This document shows positions 52,527 through 64,000 of a DNA stretch of 64,000 nt, piece after piece (the stretch's first letter is position 1; each line of letters starts with the position of its first letter). Where the stretch lies: the NCBI RefSeq assembly GCF_009914755.1, contig NC_060925.1, one strand, 5' to 3'. A program made the translations under genes and the position numbers. The notes beneath the pieces are model-generated. The model saw nothing but the letters and a program-made list of their open reading frames with translations. It made no database searches and was not told the DNA's origin. The DNA is from the human T2T-CHM13v2.0 reference genome, Homo sapiens.

Positions 52527-53294
52527 TAAAATTCTTTAGCTGTGTTTTGGCCTTTGTAGTTTCCTAAGCAACCATTGCTGTTCTACAAGCTATCACTTTT
52601 TAACTCTACCTTGTTAAATTCCATTCTTGGTCCATGAAAAAAGTTATCTTGAGTTTTCCTGATAGATTATCATTATCTATAAAGATAATTTTGTCTGTAC
52701 TTTAAAATAGTTATATCATTTCTTTCTTTTTCTTATCTTATTGCATTGGTTAGAACTTCCAGATCAATATTTTAAAAATGGGAAGAATAAGCCTTTTGCC
52801 TTAGTGGGGTTTTTTTTTTTAATTTTCCTACTAGCAGTTATTATGTTAGCTGTTGGTTTGAAATAAATACTTTTGAAAAACATTTGTCTATTCTAAATCA
52901 TGAAATTGCATCTAATCATTTCTTTTTATAATAAACATTGTTTGTACACTTATTAGATTTCTCTGTCAAACTGAGCTACATAACTTAAGTGAAGGGGAGA
53001 TTTGGCTACTATTTGGTGATAGGATCAGTTATAGAGTGCCAAGCCAGATAACATAAATCATGAGTCATTTGGCCTATCTTTACTGATAAAATTATCAAGA
53101 GAATTGGTGAACCTACATTAGTCTTTGTGCCATTTAGACACAAAATCTCTGGGAAAAGGTGACAAAATATGAAAATGCTCATGAATTCGTCTATCCTTTC
53201 ATTCATCATCTATTCATTCATTTGACAAATATTTATTTAGTATTGCTATGTGCCAAACACTATTCCAGCATTGAGCTATAAGAATAAACAAGAC

Positions 53295-53872
<578 letters not shown>

Positions 53873-53982
53873 GAGAATACACAAGACAAAGTCCCTATTC
53901 TTGTGGAGCTTTCTGTCTAGAGAGGGCAAACAAATAACAAGCTGACAAATAAGTGAACAAGATTTTTAAAAATAGATATTCA

Positions 53983-54274
<292 letters not shown>

Positions 54275-56251
54275 TCATAAATGCTATAAAGATAACAAAA
54301 TGAAATGATATGTTAGAGAGTGACTTATGGAGATGGGATATTTCAGTGAAAGTGGTCAGAGAAGGCTTCTCCAAGGAATGATATTTGAACAGAGACCTAA
54401 GTGACAAGAAGAAACCAGCTATGTAAAGATCACAGAGGCATTGCAGGCAGAGGAAATAGCAAATGCAAAGACACTAAGGTGAAAATGATCTTGGCATTTT
54501 ACAAAAGCAAAGAGAATGATGAGGCGCAGTGAATGGAAGGAGAACAATAAAATATAAGGTTGGAGTGGTAGGAAGACCAGATGATGGTGAATAATTTGGA
54601 TTACATGTATGCATGAAAATCATTTTTAAGGATGATAGTAATACATTTGATAAGATGAAATACATTTAGAAGATTTGCAGTGCAAATTATAAACACATAA
54701 AATTAACTGAATATCTTAAATAGAAAGGAAAAGTGCCCAAATAAGGCAAATAAGCTCTTTATTCCATTCTATTCCAGACCCACCTCTCATATACTTGTGT
54801 TTTGTCACTTTGAATGGCAACAAAGACCTTGAAATGATAACATGCATGCGTTCCTGGGGGCAAAATTGCTTATGCAACAGATTGTGAGCCAAGATCTTTT
54901 TGGCAGTTTAGTATGTTAGAGAGACATACCATCCCAGGCAATTAGCGTGGGCTTTCCAAAGCTGAGGAATCACATCATCCATATTAGTTGCAGCCTTCAT
55001 GGTAAGTCAAACAGAACCACATGACTTAGTTCCTTTCTTTGTACTTTTATTGGAGAGAACCAGCAAATGAAACACTTTTGGTGCCCACTAAAGCTATCCA
55101 AAAATAAAATGTGTAACAATTGAACTTGGGTGACTCAGGGTGGTCATTCTCCGCCTGTCTTGATTTAGAAGATGGGGCTATTTTTGGTTTGTCCTAACTG
55201 GTTGGTTGTTGCGGTCTCAGACCAGGCCCAGCACAATGGTCAAAGGAGTGCTTTGTCACACGGCACAGAAGCTTGTGCCCAAAAACCTGGTAACTTTCTG
55301 TCCCTTTGTGAAAGAAGAACATCGAATCCCAGTGTGGTTAGATTCTGCTGCGGCAGCCTCCAAAAGGCTGCTTATGGCTTTGTTATATTGGAGTTTTAAA
55401 ATTTCACATAGTGGTCATGTTTTTGAAAAGAGCAACTCACCAGTGAGCTTTCCTGGGTCGTGGTGGTTGTCGTGGTGATCAGCATCAGACAAAGGCAGGA
55501 GTAGGCTCCTCTACTTGCACACGACGGGGAGCTCATCCCTCCTCAGGCAAGCAAAGCACTGGGCACAGGGCCTGGAATTAGAGTCACCCCTCAATGAAGG
55601 TCATCTGCTTGATTTTGGATTTCACATTTACCTAGCCCCCAGATGGATTAGTTAGCAGTCTGTAGAGCAGCTCCCAAACAGCAGTCCACAGAACTAGGCC
55701 AGTCCATTTTTAGTGGTCTCCAGCAAAATGAGAAGAAACTATTTTTTGAAATAATGAGTAAATACCCATGCATACATGTGAGATGGTTTAAAGTGATCAC
55801 TGGCCACTTCTTGTGAACTGCCTTGACTCTGATATTTTTGTCTCGCCTACCAGGTTTTTCTTAAAGTTGACACACTCTGTCTTTTAATAAAGAATGTTGT
55901 CAGTATATGGCAGCAATTGTTGGTTTAAATATCCTTACGTGGCAAAAGTAAGAGTAAAACATGGAAGGAAGTTTTTCTAATTATCTCTATGCCAATCCCA
56001 CCCCAGCCAATTTTTTGAAATTTTACTGAGCCCAGCACTCTGAATCTGGAAACCCCTAATCTGGATGGCTTCAGTCTCTAGTTTTCTGGCCTTTCTGGTC
56101 CCTACTGAAGTATATGGGATGGTTAAATGCTTACTCTGTACTCTCTTTACCAATTTACACCCTTTTTCGATGTAGTATCTTACAACTGAAAGCTGGAGAC
56201 CTGAAAGAGAGAGAAGGGGCATGATAAGGAAGCAGGAATAAATAATGGCTA

Positions 56252-56570
<319 letters not shown>

Positions 56571-57205
56571 TATTTATATTAATATCAGTGGTATTTATAT
56601 TGGTATTGCAGAGGGGCAGAAAATAAGGCCAAATAAAATATACAGTTTTTTAGAATGATAAATATAAAAGGAAGTTTTTCTAATGAGTATATCACTTGTG
56701 AGTGATTTGTTTTGTGATAATACGAAAACATTTTTAAAATTGCATGCTTCTGTCCCTTCAACTTTCGCTGCCCTTAGTTTGCAAACATAAGTGGTGCTTT
56801 AGACATTCCTTTTAAAAAATATTTAATGCCATAGGGCAAATGTAGATTTTCTATAATTAAATCAGTCTAAATTACTGCTTACATGGTAGAGATGGTAAAT
56901 AAGAATGTAAAATAACAAAATGGCTATTTTTGTCTTAGCAGGACTTCCTGGCCACAGTACAGGACTCTGAGATGCAGGTCTTGTATTCAGCTAAGCCACT
57001 GCTTTGCTGTATCTCATTGAGAAATGGCTTAAGCCACCTCTGTTCCCTGTTTATGAATTTGAGATAGTAAAATTTGTCACTAATGGTCCATCATCAGGGT
57101 GTTGATTAAAACAGATTATTAGAAACGATGGCCTTATATACTGGGAAGGCAGTTACCTGTGTCTTTATACCATACCATGTCTATAATAAATAATAACATA
57201 AGGAA

Positions 57206-57503
57206 GGCTGGGCCCAGTGGCTTACACCTGTGAGGCTGAGGCGGGAGGACTGCTTGAGCTCATAAGTTTGAGACCAGCATAAGCAACATAGTGAAACCCT
57301 GTCTCTACAAAAAATATAAAAATTACCCTGGTATGGTGGCACGCATCTGTAGTCCCAGCTACCTGGAAGGCTGGATCACTTGAGCTGGGGAATTGGAGGT
57401 TGCAGCGAGCCATGATCGTGCTACTGCACTCCAGCCTGTTCGACACAGAGAGGCCCTGTCTCAAAAAAAAAAAAAAAAAAAGAAAAGTAAAAATAAAAAT
57501 AAA
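57206..57503 (+). mobile_element. AluJ with internal deletions
   Basis: TSD aataaataataacataa(a)ggaa. Confidence 0.9.
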
Positions 57504-59078
57504 TAAATAATAACATAAAGGAAAACTAAAAATGTGGATTAACAAGTTTATAATGCTATTAATAACAGTTTTTATTTACCCTGCATTTATTATGTGCCAG
57601 GCATCGCGCTAAGTGCTTTATAAACAACGTATGATTGGCCCTTTAGAATAACCTTGCAGGAAGGCACCATTACTACCTTCAACTTAAAGTTCAGGAAACT
57701 GGGGCTTTTTGAAATAATTCCCCAAGAGTAACAAATGGCAGGCTGGAAGCCCTCTTGGGAGACAGGCAGCCCACCTGTTCCCGTAGAGCAGTGTGACTGC
57801 CTCTGAATCTGTGTTGACCAGGCTGGTGAGTATGTACGTCCTCCTCCAACACCTAATAAGGCAATATTTTCCTTTTTCTTCCTCTAGTTCCTTATGTAAA
57901 AAATGTTTAATTTCCCTTTGTCTTTTGTCATTTGACTTTCATTTCCCATTTTGGGTTTTCTGCTTCTCTGACACGGAGCCTTCTGTTCTGCCCTGCTTCA
58001 TTTCTCTTCTTGGTGGATTTGACCTAAGTTCCAGTTTTTGTGCCTTTTCCTTTGTGTTTCGGTTCCTTATATAGTCTGCACGAAGCCAAGTGAAGTTACC
58101 TTCTATGGTTGACATCCCTTTTTTGTTCACTGGAAGTTTTCTAGTTTTCCTGTGTTCTTTTGATACATATATACTTATCTGAAAGGGGTTTCCATTGGAG
58201 TCCTCTAGGTTAGACTTCACAAAGAATTTTCTGATTTAAGTGCTGTAGTGCATTAGAATATTTTACTGAGAAGGATTATAAAGTGCTTACAGGTTTTTTG
58301 TTTTTATAAAGAAAGAACAAAAGATGATAGAAGGAAGAGGGATGGAGGGGTTAGAATATTATCTTGCTGAGATGCAGAGGAAGGGAGAGAGAGAAAAATT
58401 GGTGGCTTCCACTGATGGCGTTCTAGTTAAATTCTGGACTATTTGTACTATTTCAGTACATAGAATAATAGAACTCATAAACAGAAATTATCATCATCAC
58501 AACATTGGATATTTTGTTAGGTTTTGTTTTGTTTGGAAGTAAGGATGTTCCTCTACCCAGTGTGGTTTTGGTCCTGATCAGGAATTCAGGTTCTAAATGG
58601 TTCAATAAAGTGGCCATGGCAGCAGAGCACATGGAAACAAATACTGGATTCAGGGCCAGAGACCTAGACCAAGTCCTGGTTTTCCTAGTAACTAGCTGTG
58701 TGATCTCTAGCAAGTTATCTATCTTCTCTGAGTCTGTTTTCTTACTAGTATAATGAGTGGAAAGGATTAGATAACCTACTGCTAAACTTTTCATACATTA
58801 TAGTTCTCAGTGTAAACACATTTTCCCTCTTTCTTGTAAAAACTTGGAAAATCTCATTACTAAAAGAAAGTTATCTGTGGTGAGGAAGACCATCAGTAAC
58901 TCCAGCCTTGCCCTAGTTAGATCTTGGCAACTAATACTTCCAAGTTCCCTGTATACGTGCATATCAGCTATTTTCCAGAGAACGGTAAAATTCTGTAATA
59001 ATGTCACCTCACAATTGTGATTATATCTGAATCAGATACCTTGTTTAGAGGTTATCTAAACTCCTTTTCAGAAGAAAT

Positions 59079-59260
59079 ACAGTAACATGCCATGCAGGTT
59101 TGTAGACTAGAAGCAATAAGCTATACCACATAGCCTAGGTGTGTAGTAAGCTATACCATCTAGGTTTGTGTAAACACACTCTAGGATACTTCATGACAAA
59201 GTTGTCTAATAATGCATTTCTCAGAACATAACCCTGTCATTAAGCAAAGTATGATTGTAA
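59079..59260. mobile_element. Tigger3 (Golem/MER7-type) terminal fragment
   Basis: acagtaacatg...ctataccacatagcctaggtgtgtagtaagctataccatctaggtttgtgtaa...gcatttctcagaacat...attaagc. Confidence 0.88.
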
Positions 59261-59876
59261 TTGCATCACATTGCACACACAAGTCTTTATTTCACCCACT
59301 TTCATTTATGTCTGAGCTACATTAACCAAAAAATTGAAAGTTACATTCCAAAGGCAGAGCAAAGACAACTTAGTATCTCCCCACTTATTCCTGTAAAAGA
59401 AAACGTTATGAGTTTATCTATAGTTAGGCAAATGTCTTTTCTTATACTTTAATATCATTCTCATCACAGATGAAGAAAACAATACAATAAGTTACACTAC
59501 AAATACTGATTTTCTTAGATCTTCAAAGCCTCCTCTTGTTTCTTTTCTCCTAAAGCAGATATAAGAACAAGGTTAGTGCCTGCCCTGGGTTTTTCTAAAA
59601 AGTGCAAAAGAATATAAAATGAAAAAGTAAAAATCTTCTCTTTATTCCTAACCCCCAATAATATTTATCAGAGTTAACTACTATTAATAGTTTCTTGTGT
59701 AGCTTTCCAGAATTTTCTAGGCATATGCAAGACCTACTTTTTTTTTCATTAATGAGATTATGCCATGGATGCTCATATGTATCTTACCATTTGTAAAAAC
59801 AATTCATCTTGAAGATATTTCTATGACATCACGCAGGAAACAGGCTTATCTGCTAAAGTTCTTAAAAAACTAATGA

Positions 59877-60188
<312 letters not shown>

Positions 60189-61688
60189 TCATGATCAACA
60201 CCAGATATGGGGTGCATTCTGCTCTCAAAAACATTAGTTTCCTTCCTCCCTTTCTTTAACAGAAGAGTCACCTGGATTTGTATTGTGATTCTGGAGGATT
60301 CTATCATCCATGGGTAGACACAGATGTAGTAAGTCACAGAATCACAGACTTTCTGAGGGGATGGCTCTTAGAGATTGCTTGGTTCAAGTGGCAGAGCCTG
60401 TACCAAGACCAAATCTTTGCTTTCAATTTGGTACTCCTTTAATCCTTTTTGTTTCTAATATAATTCTGACTTGTATTTATTGTTTATCTTAAAAATTAAA
60501 GTATGATATGTAATGGTGTTAGATGATAGTTATAAATCAGGTAGTATATACTGCTCAAAGAAGACAAGTTTTTAATTTTCCTTTAGAGAAGAAAGTTTTA
60601 AAAGTAGCTATGTCATTTTGCAATGTTTGATATCCTTGTGTTTTATCTAGGGGGTCTGTATCTCAAAGCCTTTAAAATGCTGATGGAAGGAGTGGAGATC
60701 CAGCGTTCAGGGTAGAAAAGAGGTAGGTAAACATCAAGAATCCAGGAGAATGCTCTAATATTGGAAAGGGAACAAAAGTTGGGAGCTACTTGGGGAGGGT
60801 AAAAGGAATTATGGAAGGAGTTTGGAATACCAGGAAGCATGAACAGTGATTTTTACATTGCATTTGTTCCAAAAAAATATTGGTTTGTTTGCATATAAGA
60901 CAGGCAGGAGGAAAATCTGAACAGTGAAATTACTCAATTTGATCTAAAAATATTAGTGAATAACAGATTGAGCCAGCATCACAGTGATGTAGAATAAGCT
61001 CTTTTGTCCTGAGGAGTCTAGCTTGTTTTCCTCCTCCAAAGGAGCTAGCTGCCTAAGATGAGGTTAGGCAATCTATCACATGACTCAAAGTCAGGCGGCT
61101 CAGACTCCCATCCGAAAAATGGAAATTCTGAAAAACTCACGTTTGCATCATAATGATTTACTGAAGGCACAATAGAGCAAAGAAAAAAAAAGGCTTAAGG
61201 CCTAAATTTTGGCAATTCAAGTATTCTGTTATTTAGAAGTTATTCAAAGCATAGAATTAGAAAGAATCTTAAAGGTCATGAAGCATCTTCATTTTACAGA
61301 TGAAGAAAAAAACAGGCACCCAGAGGCTAGTCTAGCTCTCACAGCAAGTCAGAGGAGCGTGGGACTAGAATCCAGATCTCCCCAGTCAGTGCCTGGGTTG
61401 TACTACTGAACCTCCCCCCAATAGAGCATTTATTTCCAGTCATCTGATGTTTACTCCATCTCATGGCAACACTCTCTTTAAAAAAATGACAGTATGTTCA
61501 TCTTTTCTCTCTTCTAATTGTATGAAATTGCACATCTAACACAAAGGAATCGGAATCATGTATCGTTACCAGGGAAAGTGTTTAATGGACATCTAAATTA
61601 TGTGAAAACACTTCTTTTGGTGAAAATCATGGCTGTCCCTTAAATCTTTCTGCTCCAAGACTATAAGGGTGGCATTGAAACATTCACA

Positions 61689-61689
<1 letters not shown>

Positions 61690-61732
<43 letters not shown>
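61690..61732. repeat. (AC)21 microsatellite
   Basis: read directly. Confidence 0.95.
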
Positions 61733-61733
<1 letters not shown>

Positions 61734-63181
61734 ATATAGACAAAAACAGACCATGCCTATTGGTTATATAATAGAGATTGTAGGAGAAAGGATAAGAGTA
61801 GAGAGCCTTATTTGATTCATTTCAAAATACTGCTGATTATAATTCACCTTTTGTAGTGATTTGCTAGTCAAATTCACTCAACAAGAATTTACTGAGTGCT
61901 TTCTGCTTCTTAAGCACTAAGTATTTAAATATGAAAAGACATAATTTCCCACTCAGGGAGCTCACAGTCTAGAGGAAGATATAAGTAAGTCGGGCAACAA
62001 GAAGATTTGGTGTCATATGCTAAAAGTATAGCTAACCGGACAGTTGATTTTTAGAAAGCAAAACCTTTTTAAACATTGTACTTAGCAATTCTTCGAATTT
62101 CCAGTTTCTAAAAAGTTTAAGAATATTTTGTTTCTATTCCATCCATAAAATGAATTTAATACTGAGAAACTAAGTCAGTCAAACAAGGAGTAATATTGGT
62201 TCTCCCCATAATTGGATGACATAAATATATGCAAGAGTCTTTAGTCAGTTAAATTGAAGCGTTAGTATATACTTTTGAATATTGATGGAATTGTGGAAGG
62301 CAATAGTCCGTTTTTCACTATTAATATCCTATGGCTATAGATTTACATACAAGTTAACTAGTTTCTCTATTAAGTGGTATTTTTTACATAGCACAGAATT
62401 TGAGAGCTTCTGGATGCAGAAAATACAAGGTTCAAACAAAGGAAAATTATATTCTTATTGTATAGATTTTTCCAAAGTCAAAATAGTCTGTTAAATTTGG
62501 AAAAAAAAAACTTTATGAAGAAAAAACTTCAACATTTGTGATATATTCTCACTTATAAAAATTATTTCTAAATTTATGATGGTTCTATTTACAGGAACAC
62601 ATCAGTTAGTACTTCATGGATCATTGTTTATAAATCTTATCAAGTTTGAGAAAAACATTTTTCTGTTTTTAAAGAGAGCTAAAAATTAATAGTAGTTATG
62701 ATAAATAAAAGAACTGGTCACATTTATTTTTATAACAATGCTAAATGTAGATTTAACTGTGAAGAAATATTTTTCCTGAGTCTTCGTTTCATTTAATACC
62801 TGGTAATTTATTTCAGGTCAGAATAAAAATGTTACCATGAATGCTATTGGACTACCATAGCATTTTCTAGTCTTTGATATCAAGCATTTATTAAAGACAA
62901 TATAAATTCTAACACAGTAATATAAGTGGACTGTTATTGGCAGGCAGGTAGTTTGTTACGCTGAAAGATAATTAATAAGCTTCCTGGCAAAGAGAAATCT
63001 GTACAAAAATCTTTTGTACAGCATTCTGTACAAACAGAAATCTTTTAAGGTTTTTAATTTTAGGATGTGAGAGAGACTTAGTTATCTTTCTGTGACTAAA
63101 CATAACATACTAAGCATAAAAGCGCTAATGGTACACAATTTTATCTTCCTAGAGATTAGTTCTGAAGCTATTTTAAAAGTA

Positions 63182-63233
63182 TTAAGTTGATGCAGAGGTA
63201 ATTGCAGTTTTTGCCATTACTTTCAATGGCAAA
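63182..63233. mobile_element. MADE1 (Hsmar1 MITE) left portion
   Basis: ttaagttgatgcagaggtaattgcagtttttgccattactttcaatggcaaa vs MADE1 ttaggttggtgcaaaagtaattgcggtttttgccattactttcaatggcaaa. Confidence 0.85.
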
Positions 63234-63249
63234 GAAATAATATAATCAC

Positions 63250-63626
<377 letters not shown>

Positions 63627-64000
63627 TAGTGAACTATAGGTTAAACAATGTCCAACACTGAATAGATCAGAAAAATTATACTTGGTTTTTCAAAAACTAT
63701 TAATGGAAAGTATATCAAATGAAAAGATAAGGGGTTGACTTTTTCAAAGCTGTACAGTGAATGCTCATCATTTTTTAGGGAGATGATATGCGATCAGTAA
63801 CTGAAAATTCTGATTAGTTGTCCAAACTTTATTGCGTTTAACTAAATGCAATGTCACTTATTAATAGAAGCCTGGTTGCAGGAAATAAATGCTATGGCAG
63901 ATTGCTTGAGGGCATGATAGGCTGAGTGTTACCTGTGGAAGAAGGATAATCAGAAAGCGTTCCCTTTAGATTGTGTTCAGAATTGGATTAATGGGAGGGC

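Noticed and set aside
57939-58220. K/E/R-rich minus-strand ORF resembling a pseudogene fragment
   Set aside because: The composition follows from purine-rich sequence; no parent protein, polyA tail or TSD was identified.

Overview
Primate (human-like) nuclear genomic DNA, intergenic or intronic. It is dense in Alu, MIR, L2, old L1, MaLR/ERV1 LTRs and DNA-transposon MITEs. No protein-coding exon chain can be supported; the ORF track is dominated by Alu-derived and chance ORFs. Non-repeat highlights: (1) an ~80-bp NUMT from mitochondrial 16S rRNA that spans almost exactly the humanin ORF, inserted in a MIR, with a TGA at codon 4 and an in-frame extension (19965-20046); (2) a 5'-truncated beta-tubulin (TUBB4B-like) processed-pseudogene fragment, also interrupting a MIR (42229-42447); (3) a local three-copy repeat: a direct pair at 41510-41810 and 45175-45477, plus an inverted copy at 44748-44990 that can form a ~240-bp hairpin, located at a GC-rich to AT-rich transition and next to a CCAAT/TATA cluster; (4) an orphan CpG island (~29.2-30.3 kb) with a (GCCCC)5 array; (5) a MEF2-centred 28-bp palindrome with GATA and NKX motifs (13.45 kb); (6) a duplicated 33-bp splice-signal module (47665 and 48739). 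The locus and any host gene could not be identified from sequence alone. Repeat subfamily calls come from remembered consensus sequences and need RepeatMasker/Dfam confirmation.
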